This document shows, in pieces, positions 1-10,321 of a stretch of DNA of 64,000 nt. A program made the translations under genes and the position numbers. Below the pieces are notes generated by a model. The model ran no database searches and was not told the DNA's origin. It saw nothing but the letters and a program-made list of their open reading frames with translations. Numbering within the stretch: position 1 is the stretch's first letter; every line of letters begins with the position of its first letter. Origin of the DNA: Escherichia phage vB_EcoM_WFL6982; sequence record MK373774.1; one strand, 5' to 3'.

Positions 1-1174
1 GATAAGGTTGAACCGGGTGAGAACGACCTTGTGGAATCACCTTGTTCTGCTCTTTAAGGCTATTAAAAATAATAGCATCCCATGTTTTAATTGGGCTAAA
101 CACAGATTGAATCTGTATCTTAGCATAATAACCCATGTCCAAGCTCAAGTTGATGAACTGACGCTTAGAATCAATTTGCAATACACGATATACGTCGATA
201 ATGTTATAAGAAATATATCGTTGGTGATTGCTTTCACGAAGCTTAGAAATAGGGCCGTCGTATTTCAGTTTGCCAACGTTCAATTCAAATTCTGAAATGT
301 AATCCAGAGAATACGACGGTTGGTTCGTGAAAGAGAACTTTTTGTAAAGGTCAATGTAATCAAGAACAGAGATACCGAACAATGTAATGATTTCACGAGA
401 ACCATACATGTTTTCGATAACTTTAACACGAGTTTTACGATGTGGTGATAAACGTTTCGCAGTAGATTCGCCAAAAATATTCTTGATTCGGTTATACACA
501 TATGGAATATCAAATGACTCAACGTTCCATCCAGTCAAAATGACAGGAGTTTTCTGTTGCCAGAAGTTGAGATATTCCATCAACAATTCTTTTTCGTTAT
601 CGAACGGCATATAAATGATTTTATCGATAATTTCGGATGGAACTTCATCGCCGCCTTGTTCTTGAAGCTTAGCCGCAATTTCGATAGACCATTCTTCTAC
701 ATTACCATATGGAGAATTCAATAGATCAAATACGTAGAACCTGTCGTCAATTGAGTCATAATGGGTGATAGCATCAATTGGATGTTTTGCTTGTGACGGC
801 TCAGGGAACCCGTCCGGAGATGTTACTTCGATGTCGAAGTTAGCCACACGAATTTTTGTATGGTCGTATTTGATTTCATAGTTATAAGTGTCAGACAAAT
901 ACGCCAATTTGAAATCGTCCATGCCAAGTGCTTCAAGTCCGATATCTTCCATGCGTTTAATCCATTGGGAGGCATCACGCATATTAGCGAACAACTTACG
1001 AGTACACGGCTTACCGTAGATATCGAAATATTTCGTAGCCTGACTTTCTGGACAATGAGCAAACAGTGATGGTTTATATTCTACTTCACGAGTACGTTCA
1101 CGGCCATTAGAATCGATGTAACGTTCAAAAATTGAATCACCAATCTGTTCAACCGTTAAGTAAAATTCTTTCAT
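1..1174 (-). CDS. 43: DNA polymerase gp43, N-terminal portion; gene runs off the window start
   Basis: Reverse-strand translation from ATG ~1174 reads MKEFYLTVEQIGDSIFERYIDSNGRERTREVEY..., collinear with T4 gp43 N-terminus; sits downstream of regA as in T4. Plus-strand track ORFs here are antisense artefacts. Confidence 0.9.
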   Translation of the reverse strand, partial: MKEFYLTVEQIGDSIFERYIDSNGRERTREVEYKPSLFAHCPESQATKYFDIYGKPCTRKLFANMRDASQWIKRMEDIGLEALGMDDFKLAYLSDTYNYEIKYDHTKIRVANFDIEVTSPDGFPEPSQAKHPIDAITHYDSIDDRFYVFDLLNSPYGNVEEWSIEIAAKLQEQGGDEVPSEIIDKIIYMPFDNEKELLMEYLNFWQQKTPVILTGWNVESFDIPYVYNRIKNIFGESTAKRLSPHRKTRVKVIENMYGSREIITLFGISVLDYIDLYKKFSFTNQPSYSLDYISEFELNVGKLKYDGPISKLRESNHQRYISYNIIDVYRVLQIDSKRQFINLSLDMGYYAKIQIQSVFSPIKTWDAIIFNSLKEQNKVIPQGRSHPVQPY

Positions 1175-1255
1175 TTAATTTCCTTTAGACGAGTTATTGT
1201 CTTTTGTTTGTTGATGAACTTATTATACTCCAAATGGGACCGAAGTCCCATTGCT

Positions 1256-1624
1256 TTAATTACCAATTGTATATTTTGCTTTCAAAGTCCAGTCATCTTT
1301 CTGTTTAAAAGAGATAACACGGAAGTTATTAGTCAGGCCAAACAGATCTTCACGAGCAGAGTCTTCAATAACAATCAATCCCCAGTCTTCAAGCAACTGA
1401 GCAATCGAATCACGTCGCTGATAGTCTTCACCATCAATATCAACCTGACGTCCGTCCATACGCAGCATTTCTTTAAAGTGGACGATGTAATATTTACCTT
1501 GCTTTTGGAGGATATGACAGGACTGATAAAGAACTTTATCCTTGTTATTAGCGATGCCCATACGGGTCAGAGTCTCTTTGACTTTCAGAAAATCTTCGGG
1601 GTTCTTCAATTTAATTTCGATCAT
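1256..1624 (-). CDS. regA: RegA translational repressor
   Basis: Track ORF 1256..1633; from internal ATG (M4) MIEIKLKNPEDFLKVKETLTRMGIANNKDK... matches T4 RegA (122 aa); start overlaps end of gene 62. Confidence 0.9.
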   Translation of the reverse strand: MIEIKLKNPEDFLKVKETLTRMGIANNKDKVLYQSCHILQKQGKYYIVHFKEMLRMDGRQVDIDGEDYQRRDSIAQLLEDWGLIVIEDSAREDLFGLTNNFRVISFKQKDDWTLKAKYTIGN

Positions 1625-1626
1625 TT

Positions 1627-2190
1627 TTACCATTCCAATGCTAATTTTTTAAATTGTTTTTGTTCTTTCACATTTTTTGTAACTTCTTTGAGAAACTCAT
1701 CAGTGACCATGGCCTTCAGTTCTTTAAGGACTATTGGCAACTTGTTATTTTTTTCAAGGAGCCGCTTATACTCGGTAGCATCATTCATGTTGATTGTGTA
1801 ATGTTTCATCAACAGTTTGATAACTAGTAACTCTGAAGTGTCTTCGACTAGTTTAGCCCATTTAGAGAATCGTCGGCCACGTGGAATTGCCGCCATCATA
1901 TAGTTGAAGTGCGCTTCATCACTTAATTCAGAACCGACTAAGTTCATCATGTAAACGGCTGGCATACATTCTGGGAACTGGGATAATGAGTTCTCAACCA
2001 TAAATTTTGAGTAGTCGACCTGAGCAATTGACATAGATTTCTTTTCATTAATAGCATTAATGATTTTAAAGAATTCATTCTCAGGTTTTTCTTTAAACAT
2101 GTCAGCACATTTTTGAATCGCATCAGCGTCATTAGACTTCCATGCAATTTGGTGCTCGTTAAGTTGGACGTCATCATCAAATAAGTTCAT
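1627..2190 (-). CDS. 62: Clamp loader small subunit gp62
   Basis: 187 aa, same length and position as T4 gp62, between gene 44 and regA. Confidence 0.85.
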   Translation of the reverse strand: MNLFDDDVQLNEHQIAWKSNDADAIQKCADMFKEKPENEFFKIINAINEKKSMSIAQVDYSKFMVENSLSQFPECMPAVYMMNLVGSELSDEAHFNYMMAAIPRGRRFSKWAKLVEDTSELLVIKLLMKHYTINMNDATEYKRLLEKNNKLPIVLKELKAMVTDEFLKEVTKNVKEQKQFKKLALEW

Positions 2191-2191
2191 A

Positions 2192-3154
2192 TTATTTCCA
2201 AGTCAGTTCGCAGGTCAGTTGAAGAAGCATATACATAACGTGTAATTCAATATTACTAGCTAGTCCATGAAACTTATTATTTTCGCCTGCAATTTCATAA
2301 AGCGAAATAATACTTTTACCAGGTGCAACTTTGTCATAACACTCGGAAACTAATTTATCGATGAACCATGAATAATCTGCAGCGTATTTTGGAGCTAATG
2401 CACGAAGCTGTTTGATATCTTTATTTTTCATTGCTTCTATGACATCATCTACCGTGCCACGATCATTGGTTACAATCGACAAAATACCTGCATCAAGAAC
2501 ACCTTTAGACGAGTACTGGTCTAATTGACCAATTGTACGTCGAAAGTCCGGGAAGTTCTTTTTAACCAGAGCTGCAACAACTTTCATATCAGCGATTTCG
2601 ATATTTTCGTTCTTACAGATTTCAACCATGCGATGAATCATTTTCTTCATCATTGAGATTTTATCTTCTTCGGTTGGACGTCCGAATTCGATAACTCGAC
2701 AACGACTACGTAACGGTTCGATAATTCCATCGATGTTGTTGGCAGTAATAATAATAGAACAGTTACTAGAGAATTCTTCCATGAATGTACGAAGGTGACG
2801 TTGTGATTCGGCGAGGCCACTACGGTCAAATTCATCAATAACAATAACTTTAGGCTTGCCTTCCATTGAGACTGAACGAGCGAATGCAGTTAACGGACCA
2901 CGCACAAAATCAATCTTACAATCAGAACCGTTGACGAACATCATTTCGGCATTGATATCATTACATAATGCTTTTGCTACGGTTGTTTTACCGGTACCAG
3001 GAGATGGAGAGTGTAAAATAATATGAGGAAGTTTTCCTTTAGATACTAAAGACTTGAATGTTTCATGGTCATACGCAGGCAGAATACATTCGTCAATGGA
3101 AGAAGGACGATATTTCTGTTCTAGAATGTGTTCTTTGTAATTGATAGTAATCAT
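2192..3154 (-). CDS. 44: Clamp loader large subunit gp44 (AAA+ ATPase)
   Basis: 320 aa; Walker [11 protein letters not shown], Walker B VIVIDEFD; T4 gp44-like throughout. Confidence 0.95.
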   Translation of the reverse strand: MITINYKEHILEQKYRPSSIDECILPAYDHETFKSLVSKGKLPHIILHSPSPGTGKTTVAKALCNDINAEMMFVNGSDCKIDFVRGPLTAFARSVSMEGKPKVIVIDEFDRSGLAESQRHLRTFMEEFSSNCSIIITANNIDGIIEPLRSRCRVIEFGRPTEEDKISMMKKMIHRMVEICKNENIEIADMKVVAALVKKNFPDFRRTIGQLDQYSSKGVLDAGILSIVTNDRGTVDDVIEAMKNKDIKQLRALAPKYAADYSWFIDKLVSECYDKVAPGKSIISLYEIAGENNKFHGLASNIELHVMYMLLQLTCELTWK

Positions 3155-3229
3155 GTAATTTTCCTCATTATCATTAAACTGGAGGATTTCTCCTCCATAA
3201 TCGTACTACATTAAACGTAAAGCTTTGAC

Positions 3230-3916
3230 TTAGAAGTCGTGGGTAGAATCGGCTTCCATCGCAATAACATAACTTACTTGAGAGCTTTCAAACTTGGCTG
3301 CAACTTTATCACCAGCTCCCCACAACATTACTTTATAGTTACCTGGCTGGATTTTCATATTAGCCATATTGATTACGAAGTTAAAGTTGTTAGAACCATC
3401 ATAATCAGTAAGAGTCAAAGAATACTTAGGACGAGTCAAGCCAGAATCTTCAACTTTATTGTAACCGTTGATAACAATTTTACCATCTTTATTTGTAATA
3501 GCAATTGTATCAATCTGAAGACCGCGTGAAACTCGAAGCAATTGTTGAAGGTCTTCGGCTTTAATTTCAGTAATCACAGAAGCCATTGGGAATTGAATTG
3601 GCTTATTAGGAAAAACAATGGTGCTCTTGTCGGCAGCAGGCCAATAAACTGTGGAACGTGTATCTGCAATTTTAATATTGCCATCAGTATGCATTGAAAT
3701 TTCGGCATCATCAGACACTAGACTCAAAATGCTTAAGAAGCTATTCAAATCATAAAGTGCTACGTCAAAATCAATTTCATCAGAGATATTTGCTTCCGCA
3801 TAAGTGGTGCCATTAACTGCACGAGTCATAATAAATTTACCTTGACTCAGCAGAATGCCAGAGTTAATAGAGGCAAAGTTTTTCAGAATAGCGATAGTAT
3901 CTTTAGACAGTTTCAT
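3230..3916 (-). CDS. 45: Sliding clamp gp45
   Basis: From internal ATG MKLSKDTIAILKNFASINSGILL... 228 aa ending ...AMEADSTHDF, matching T4 gp45 length and termini. Confidence 0.95.
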   Translation of the reverse strand: MKLSKDTIAILKNFASINSGILLSQGKFIMTRAVNGTTYAEANISDEIDFDVALYDLNSFLSILSLVSDDAEISMHTDGNIKIADTRSTVYWPAADKSTIVFPNKPIQFPMASVITEIKAEDLQQLLRVSRGLQIDTIAITNKDGKIVINGYNKVEDSGLTRPKYSLTLTDYDGSNNFNFVINMANMKIQPGNYKVMLWGAGDKVAAKFESSQVSYVIAMEADSTHDF

Positions 3917-3958
3917 TTTATTTCCTTTCAAGACAATTCAAAGTTTATAACAAATTTA

Positions 3959-4375
3959 TTATGCAGCAACCATCTGCTTTTTAATAGCTTCAGGCAGTGA
4001 TTCAATATATTCTGGAATTTTAGAAGCAACAATTTCGCCAGCTGCAATTAGTTGTTCGTCGGCATCAACACAGTAGAAATCTTCCAGACGCTCAGAACCG
4101 TCTTTATCAAGAACGATTTTTGCGCCAGCTTCAATAGAATCTTTATAGTGCTTACGCATCAGATGAATCCACATATCAGATACATCGTTATCAATAAAAC
4201 CATAAATCATAAAACGAGTTTCTTGCGGCAAAGATTGGAGTTTTTTAGCACTTGCGTCATCACAATGCAGGACCCATGCTTTACGAACACGATTATGGTT
4301 ATGTGGGTTAGCGTCAGTACGGATAGAAGTAACTTTCAGATCAGCAGCAGTGAAACCTTTAGCAGTAGTAAACAT
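3959..4375 (-). CDS. rpbA: Putative RNA polymerase binding protein RpbA
   Basis: 138-aa ORF at the T4 rpbA position between genes 45 and 46; assignment by synteny and size only. Confidence 0.5.
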   Translation of the reverse strand: MFTTAKGFTAADLKVTSIRTDANPHNHNRVRKAWVLHCDDASAKKLQSLPQETRFMIYGFIDNDVSDMWIHLMRKHYKDSIEAGAKIVLDKDGSERLEDFYCVDADEQLIAAGEIVASKIPEYIESLPEAIKKQMVAA

Positions 4376-4387
4376 ATTATTTCTCTC

Positions 4388-4588
4388 TTATTCGTAGAAG
4401 TCGGTAACTGTCCATGCAGAATTGCGATTAGACATTATTTTATTATACTCATCTTTAAAAGCAGATTTGAGCATTTGTTCAGTAACAATATGTTCTTCAC
4501 CTGAAAACGTATTGGTCAAAACATATTTTTTAATTTCAGGGACAACGAGAAGATGTTGTCCAGTTGAATACTCCATGTTGTTCTCCAT
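4388..4588 (-). CDS. Hypothetical protein (T4 45.2 position)
   Basis: 66-aa ORF between rpbA and gene 46. Confidence 0.4.
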   Translation of the reverse strand: MENNMEYSTGQHLLVVPEIKKYVLTNTFSGEEHIVTEQMLKSAFKDEYNKIMSNRNSAWTVTDFYE

Positions 4589-4630
4589 TTAATTTGATGT
4601 GGTCATTATAACCACATCGTGTTAAAGCGT

Positions 4631-6319
4631 TTATGAAACAGTCATTACTGTAAATCGTCCAACTTTGCTCATCTGAAGATGTTGTCCATAAGCTTGTGGG
4701 TCATGGTCTCTGTGACTAATTATAAACACGTTTGCATCGGTTAGAGAGTTAAGAATTGTTGAAATAGCTTTAATACCTTCAGAATCAGTCGCGGAATCCA
4801 TGACTTCGTCCATAATTAATGTATTGATTCTAACACCAGAGACCTTTTCAGCAATATCTCGCCATGTAAACAACAACGCGATATCGATACGTGCTTTTTC
4901 ACCTTGACTAAATGAAGCATAACTGAACTCTTCACGGCCACGTGATTTTATAGATTCATTGAATTCTTCGTCAATAGAAAACACGTAATCAGCTTCCATG
5001 ATTTTAAGATAATGGTTAATCTGCTTGTTGAACAGAGGCACATATTTTTTAATGATAGCACCTTTAATACCAGAATCTTTTAACATATCTGTGATAATAC
5101 CACGATGGTATTTTTCAAGAACGATATCTGATTTTGTTTTAATGATTTTATCAAGTTCTTTTTGAAGCAAAGCTATCTCATCGGCATGGTCGATAAATTC
5201 TGCTGAGGCTTGCTCTATTGCAGCTTTAACTTTCTTAGCTTTATCAATAGTGGCAATCATTGCTTGTTTCTTGGTACGAATATCAGATGCAAGGTCCTGC
5301 TTAGTCTTAACATTAGCTCTATATTCATCAACTAGGACACTCAGATTATCTCTGTGACAGGTAAGTTGCTCGAATGAGTGATTACATTCATGAAGCTTAT
5401 CGGTAATCTTAGAGACAATAGGGTCACCCTGGTGCAATTGTGATGCACAAGTAGGACATGTGCCACCGTCATGATACATCTTAATAACTTTGTTATATGA
5501 GTCGATTTTAGATTTAATCAAGAATGCTTCTTGTCCTATCTTGTTGAATGCCTCAGTAGGGTCTTCATCAAGAACGATATTAAGTAGTCGCTCATTAGCT
5601 TCTTCGATTTCTGCTTTTAATGAACGAGCTTCTTTGGCTAGGTCGTCATACATATTCTGTAGACGCGCTACATTATCACCAGATAATTTCTTTTGACGTT
5701 CGATATTCTCGTTATAAATCTTAATTTGTTGGATAATACCATCTTTCTTGGCATCAAGAACTTGTCCCTGAGAATTAAGTTCGCGAACTTGAGACTTATT
5801 GATTTTATCCATTTCAGCGAGTGTGCCGACTTCTAAAAGGTCTTCGACAAGTTTTCTACGAGCAGGGGTGCTAAGAGCCATGAAAGGGGTATACCCTGCC
5901 GTCCCAAGCACAACGATTTGTTTAAAAGACGCGTATGACATTCCGATGCTACGTTCAAATTCTTCTTGGAAGTCACGACTGCTGGCAGATTCATCGAGAC
6001 GAACACCGTCAACGGAGATTTCGAAAATATTGGGCTTTTGGCCACGTTTAATGAAGTATTTTTTATCATCGAATTCCATCCAAAGCTCAACTAAGAGCTC
6101 TTTCTTGTTCGTGCTATTAATGATTTGTCCTTTCTTAACATCACGAAATGGTTTACCGAAAAGTCCGAAAGTAATGGCTTCTAACATCGTAGATTTACCA
6201 CCGCCATTTTTACCTGTGATTAAGGTCTTTTGGACTTTATCTAATTGGATATCGATAAAATTTTGCCCAACAGACATTATATTTTTATAACGAACACGAT
6301 TTAATTTAAATGATTTCAT
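4631..6319 (-). CDS. 46: Recombination endonuclease subunit gp46 (SbcC/Rad50-like ATPase)
   Basis: 562 aa; N-terminal Walker A GKNGGGKST, long coiled-coil middle with CPTC zinc hook, C-terminal signature/Walker B LIMDEV; T4 gp46-like. Confidence 0.95.
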   Translation of the reverse strand: MKSFKLNRVRYKNIMSVGQNFIDIQLDKVQKTLITGKNGGGKSTMLEAITFGLFGKPFRDVKKGQIINSTNKKELLVELWMEFDDKKYFIKRGQKPNIFEISVDGVRLDESASSRDFQEEFERSIGMSYASFKQIVVLGTAGYTPFMALSTPARRKLVEDLLEVGTLAEMDKINKSQVRELNSQGQVLDAKKDGIIQQIKIYNENIERQKKLSGDNVARLQNMYDDLAKEARSLKAEIEEANERLLNIVLDEDPTEAFNKIGQEAFLIKSKIDSYNKVIKMYHDGGTCPTCASQLHQGDPIVSKITDKLHECNHSFEQLTCHRDNLSVLVDEYRANVKTKQDLASDIRTKKQAMIATIDKAKKVKAAIEQASAEFIDHADEIALLQKELDKIIKTKSDIVLEKYHRGIITDMLKDSGIKGAIIKKYVPLFNKQINHYLKIMEADYVFSIDEEFNESIKSRGREEFSYASFSQGEKARIDIALLFTWRDIAEKVSGVRINTLIMDEVMDSATDSEGIKAISTILNSLTDANVFIISHRDHDPQAYGQHLQMSKVGRFTVMTVS

Positions 6320-6570
6320 ATGTATTCTCTTCGAATGAAGTCCTCTACATATTTTAACATGTCATCTCTATCAGCAAAATATTCATCTAGTTCTGCATAC
6401 ATAACAACACCTGGTGCATACTCGCAAGTAACATACATTGTTCCAAAGAAACGAGGAGTTGATTCCTCGTAATTCTCAGTCCATTCAACGATGCCAATAT
6501 AACCGTCACCAATACTAAATTCATGACGATGGATTTCATAATCAGTCTTCGTCATTATACGCATCCTCAA
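6316..6570 (-). CDS. Hypothetical protein (T4 46.1 position)
   Basis: 84-aa ORF, stop/start overlap with neighbours. Confidence 0.45.
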   Translation of the reverse strand: MRMRIMTKTDYEIHRHEFSIGDGYIGIVEWTENYEESTPRFFGTMYVTCEYAPGVVMYAELDEYFADRDDMLKYVEDFIRREYI

Positions 6571-6799
6571 TACACGCTTCAGCCATTTTAAGAATAGAGC
6601 CGGGAGTATCGTTGTCCATTATATTAAAGCTAAATTCAATAGCCCAGTCGGTGCAGACATGAACTGCTTTAACTTCATTGCCTTCAACGCGTAATGGCTC
6701 AATCCAATACTTGATGGTGTTCTCGAATCCATCATCATCTTTAACGTCTATTTCAACTTCAAGCCCGAGCCCAGCATTGTTAAATTCATCTAAAGTCAT
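6542..6799 (-). CDS. Hypothetical protein (T4 46.2 position)
   Basis: 85-aa acidic ORF; overlaps gene 47 stop. Confidence 0.45.
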   Translation of the reverse strand: MTLDEFNNAGLGLEVEIDVKDDDGFENTIKYWIEPLRVEGNEVKAVHVCTDWAIEFSFNIMDNDTPGSILKMAEACIEDAYNDED

Positions 6800-7815
6800 T
6801 GTGTTGCCTCAATATAAAGTTCGTTGGAATATTTGACCAGCGCTTCTCTGTCTTCGTCTGAGATATCTGGAATCGCGTCAATATATTCTTTAATGATATC
6901 TTGAAGTGATTTAATCTCGATTTCCTGGTCATCATCAGATTCAACACTGTTATCAACTTTAGAAACCATACGAAGAGAGTGAACTACTTTTTCAAGTTCA
7001 GATTCAAACTTAGTCAACTCTGAATCAATTTCTGATACTATAACACGTACGGCTAGATTAGTATAATCAGAATAATTGATTTTGCCTTTAAACGGATAAG
7101 TGATTCGTCGATGCCATGTTGTTTCATTTGGAATAAATTCCATACGTTCAACATCAGTGTCAAATACCCAGAATCCGCGCGGGTCGTTCTCATCGCCTGC
7201 AGTAAGGGTCCATGGTGTCCCAATATATTTGACGTTAGCAGCTTCAGAGATTGTGTGGAAGTGGCCGGACCAGACTTGTTTATAGGTCTTTAAGAAATCA
7301 GGTTCAAGCCCATGAGACTTCATTCCTTTATAGAAATAAAAGCCATTCAGTTCCCAGTGCCCAACACAATACGCTGCGGAAGAAGTCTTGATGTGCTCTA
7401 AGATTTCACCTGTATTTTCTTCACACATCCATGGAACGATATCAATCAGACATCCGTCAAAATCTACAGTAGTCGGATGCTCGTAAATAGTAAAGTTTTC
7501 AAATTGAGTTAACAATTCAGAAACAGTGTTAGGTGTTATTGTATTCTTAAACGCCATGTCATGGTTTCCTATCGTGACATGAACGTGAATGCCTGCCTTA
7601 GAAATCATATCAACGATTTCACGATTGAATTCCATTGTACGATGTGTTATTGCTTTACGGACGTCGAACCAATCACCGTATTGAATCCAAGTTTTAATCC
7701 CGTGTTTCTTAGAGTATTCAATTGCTTGTCGAATACCATCACGTTGAATATCTTGAACCCATGGGTCATCTTGTTTGACTCCGATATGGAAGTCGCCTAA
7801 GTGCAAAATTTTCAT
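6796..7815 (-). CDS. 47: Recombination endonuclease subunit gp47 (SbcD/Mre11-like phosphoesterase)
   Basis: 339 aa; N-terminal MKILHLGDFHIG metallophosphatase motif and GNHD motif; same length as T4 gp47. Confidence 0.95.
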   Translation of the reverse strand: MKILHLGDFHIGVKQDDPWVQDIQRDGIRQAIEYSKKHGIKTWIQYGDWFDVRKAITHRTMEFNREIVDMISKAGIHVHVTIGNHDMAFKNTITPNTVSELLTQFENFTIYEHPTTVDFDGCLIDIVPWMCEENTGEILEHIKTSSAAYCVGHWELNGFYFYKGMKSHGLEPDFLKTYKQVWSGHFHTISEAANVKYIGTPWTLTAGDENDPRGFWVFDTDVERMEFIPNETTWHRRITYPFKGKINYSDYTNLAVRVIVSEIDSELTKFESELEKVVHSLRMVSKVDNSVESDDDQEIEIKSLQDIIKEYIDAIPDISDEDREALVKYSNELYIEATQ

Positions 7816-7861
7816 ATTATTTCCTCATTAGTTAATTCATTCTATCATCCGTTTATAAAGC

Positions 7862-7885
7862 AAAAAAGGAACTCCGAAGAGTTCC
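7862..7885 (-). terminator. Rho-independent terminator-like hairpin (7-bp stem, UUCG loop, U-run)
   Basis: Plus strand aaaaaa-ggaactc-cgaa-gagttcc; on the minus strand the hairpin is followed by U6. Approximate coordinates. Confidence 0.6.
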
Positions 7886-8058
7886 TATCCACATAGTACA
7901 CCGTACAGAGGCTCATTTGAACTTTTAAATCGAATGGGCTTGTATGTAATAGTTCCTTCGGCTTTAGCTTTATCATAAGACTCTTTAAAACGTCTCATTC
8001 TTTCTGCTTTGCCTTTACGGATTTTATCGAAATTTTCAGAAGTCGGGATGTTCGTCAT
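7885..8058 (-). CDS. Small hypothetical protein (57 aa, basic)
   Basis: Hand-translated: ATG ~8058 preceded by GAGAGGTG SD-like sequence; reads MTNIPTSENFDKIRKGKAERMRRFKESYDKAKAEGTITYKPIRFKSSNEPLYGVLCG; below the 60-aa track cutoff. Confidence 0.35.
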   Translation of the reverse strand: MTNIPTSENFDKIRKGKAERMRRFKESYDKAKAEGTITYKPIRFKSSNEPLYGVLCG

Positions 8059-8097
8059 GCATAAGCACCTCTCAGAAAATGCCTAAATCGATTTCTC

Positions 8098-8304
8098 TCA
8101 TCGTTTCCACCATTTCTTAACTTGAAATGAATCAACCCACACGAGTTGTTTTGGGTCTGCCTTTACAATAGGCGGACAAATTTCTGTAATAGAACCGTCG
8201 TGATATTCCTTTTCAGAAATTTTAACACAAAGAGGACCACCCAATTTAACGGTGAACCCTGCGTTCAGCTTCAGACGTTTAAACTTTGTTTGAACTAGCG
8301 CCAT
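8098..8304 (-). CDS. Hypothetical protein
   Basis: Track ORF 8098..8319; internal ATG (MALVQTKFKRLK...) gives a shorter product overlapping the upstream stop. Confidence 0.4.
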   Translation of the reverse strand: MALVQTKFKRLKLNAGFTVKLGGPLCVKISEKEYHDGSITEICPPIVKADPKQLVWVDSFQVKKWWKR

Positions 8305-8602
8305 TAATGATGTCCTCAATAGCCTGACGAGTAGTAACCCACTGGATTTTAATTAACTTGTCATTATACGGTTGTCGTAGAATATCCCGAGATTTCTTAA
8401 TAGCATATTCGTAAGCTTCGAAGTTGTTTTGAATTGCTGCTTCTTGAGCATGTGCATAAAGACGGTTTAGTTCAAAACGATTCTTTTTAAGAATCTTTTC
8501 GGATTTTTTACGTGCTTCAGCTTCATTTTTCTTTTGGATTTCTTGTAGCATTTTAGCTACTGCATCTTCTGCTTCTTTATTTTCAATAATCTCGGTAGTC
8601 AT
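8279..8602 (-). CDS. Hypothetical protein (107 aa, Lys/Glu-rich helical)
   Basis: Track ORF in the gene 55 to 47 interval. Confidence 0.45.
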   Translation of the reverse strand: MTTEIIENKEAEDAVAKMLQEIQKKNEAEARKKSEKILKKNRFELNRLYAHAQEAAIQNNFEAYEYAIKKSRDILRQPYNDKLIKIQWVTTRQAIEDIINGASSNKV

Positions 8603-8603
8603 A

Positions 8604-8813
8604 TTATCTCATTAAATTAAAATAAAAACGTCCATCCTCTTCAATACAGAACTCATATTCAACTGGAGTCCCGTTTATCGAAAATGACATGTCATGTGGG
8701 TTCAAAGGGTCGATGTCAAAATTAATTTTAAATTCACGACCCAACAGTTTTACCAAATAAGGGATTGCTTCGTCAAAAGGTTCTTCTAAGTAGTTAGAGA
8801 TGTCAATTGTCAT
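8604..8813 (-). CDS. Hypothetical protein
   Basis: Track ORF 8604..8897; likely true start at internal ATG ([13 protein letters not shown]...) just past the gene 55 stop. Confidence 0.4.
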   Translation of the reverse strand: MTIDISNYLEEPFDEAIPYLVKLLGREFKINFDIDPLNPHDMSFSINGTPVEYEFCIEEDGRFYFNLMR

Positions 8814-9360
8814 CCTCATATAAAAAATCCAAACTAGGCGAATCGCTAACAACTTCCTTCTTTTCAGCCCCAGGAGCTTTATAAGCGGATTCTTCATAAT
8901 GCGTCATTTTATCGTAGATGTCTTGAATAAATGTTTCATCTACCAACGCTACCATATCATCGTCATGACTGTCGTAGACATTATGAACGAAGTAACTATA
9001 TTTCTTTGCAACTTCCTTACGTTCTTTTTTGATACGTTGGACAAAAGCATTAAAACAAGCTCGAGTTATGTATGCATGTGGGTTATTGTACTTAGTTTCG
9101 TCGAAATTATGAAGTCCCTTAATAGAGGCTTCAATCCCATCTGCAATCATCTCCTGCTTCCAAGACTGGGTATATCCTGAAAAGTTGAAACGTTTGGACA
9201 GGCCTTCGGCGATAAGCATAATTGCTAAACCGATGGTATCATTCTGACGAATAATTTTGTTTGGGTCTTTATTATTTAAGAGCTCCTTTTTCCACTCGAT
9301 TATAGCGGCGAGAAGCTCTTTATTATTCACATAGTTATTTTTAGGTTTTTGTTCAGTCAT
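8803..9360 (-). CDS. 55: Late transcription sigma factor gp55
   Basis: From internal [38 protein letters not shown]... ending ...[12 protein letters not shown]; T4 gp55-like over its full length. Confidence 0.95.
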   Translation of the reverse strand: MTEQKPKNNYVNNKELLAAIIEWKKELLNNKDPNKIIRQNDTIGLAIMLIAEGLSKRFNFSGYTQSWKQEMIADGIEASIKGLHNFDETKYNNPHAYITRACFNAFVQRIKKERKEVAKKYSYFVHNVYDSHDDDMVALVDETFIQDIYDKMTHYEESAYKAPGAEKKEVVSDSPSLDFLYEDDN

Positions 9361-9432
9361 AAGTACCTCTTGGCTCAATTCATAGGTCTATTATATCATA
9401 ATATTTAGAGACCTATCTTAAAGCACGAGATA

Positions 9433-9702
9433 CTATCGGAGCAAACAATAAGCCTGAAACACTTTTTCCATTAAACGTTTGAACTCATGGATATCGATAT
9501 AAAGCTCAGTAAGACCGGCATTATAAAGAAAATCTAAAAAGTTCTCATGTGTTTCGTTATAGTCGCCTTCGTTTAATTGAGATACATGAGTTTCCCAAAA
9601 ACCAACACCTTTAACGAATGGAAAATACGTGACTTTCATGTATTCGTCAACATAAAATTCGCCCAGCTTTTCTTCAGTTATACTGATTCGAGTTAATTTC
9701 AT
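9433..9702 (-). CDS. Hypothetical protein (89 aa)
   Basis: Track ORF upstream of gene 55. Confidence 0.45.
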   Translation of the reverse strand: MKLTRISITEEKLGEFYVDEYMKVTYFPFVKGVGFWETHVSQLNEGDYNETHENFLDFLYNAGLTELYIDIHEFKRLMEKVFQAYCLLR

Positions 9703-9926
9703 TCTAGTTCCTTTGCTGCTTCAAGAGCAGCATCCAGCGAATCAAATTGGTCAACGAAATCAATATTCAACGCATCGTCAACCGTAGCATATAACCACCA
9801 TTGTTTGAATTCGTATTCTAGAATAAATCCAGGACCTTCAATCTGAGGAAGACCTAGACTATTTGTACCAACTTCGTAACCAGCTAGACGCAGGTCATTA
9901 ATCAAAGTTTCTGTTAATACGCTCAT
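9699..9926 (-). CDS. Hypothetical protein (75 aa, acidic)
   Basis: Track ORF; overlaps neighbours by 4 nt. Confidence 0.45.
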   Translation of the reverse strand: MSVLTETLINDLRLAGYEVGTNSLGLPQIEGPGFILEYEFKQWWLYATVDDALNIDFVDQFDSLDAALEAAKELE

Positions 9927-10255
9927 TTTACCGCCTTAACAATTTTAAGGTCAACGAATTTTTTCTTACGTTGATTTTTCATACGACGGATAGTCTTTTC
10001 AGAGATTTCATGTTTCTGATAAGCTTTAGATTCAACACCAAATGCAGCAACGTCAAATTCAGAAAGAATATATTGTACTAGAATTTCACGAATAGAATTA
10101 CGTCCAATTTTCTGGTCGTGTTTTTGCATGATTTCATAAAGACGGAATTCCCACGCATCAAGAACTTGAGGAGTAACAATATTGCCAGATTCCAGAAGAG
10201 CAACAACTTTATCGAAAGCGAAAGAATTAACTACGTTTTTGATTTTAGTAGACAT
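9923..10255 (-). CDS. Hypothetical protein
   Basis: Track ORF 9923..10285; internal ATG (MSTKIKNVVNSF...) has a GAGGAAAA SD upstream. Confidence 0.45.
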   Translation of the reverse strand: MSTKIKNVVNSFAFDKVVALLESGNIVTPQVLDAWEFRLYEIMQKHDQKIGRNSIREILVQYILSEFDVAAFGVESKAYQKHEISEKTIRRMKNQRKKKFVDLKIVKAVK

Positions 10256-10321
10256 ATTATTTTCCTCGGTTATTTTATTATCCAACGAGAGAATTATACT
10301 CTGCTCTCAAGAGTTTGTATA

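Noticed and set aside
8-1069. Plus-strand track ORFs inside the gp43 region (8..295, 387..614, 860..1069) and the many other plus-strand ORFs between 1 and 42,900
   Set aside because: They lie antisense to, or in alternative frames of, well-supported minus-strand genes (gp43, gp46, nrdD and others) with clear T4 similarity; they look like chance ORFs in AT-rich DNA.
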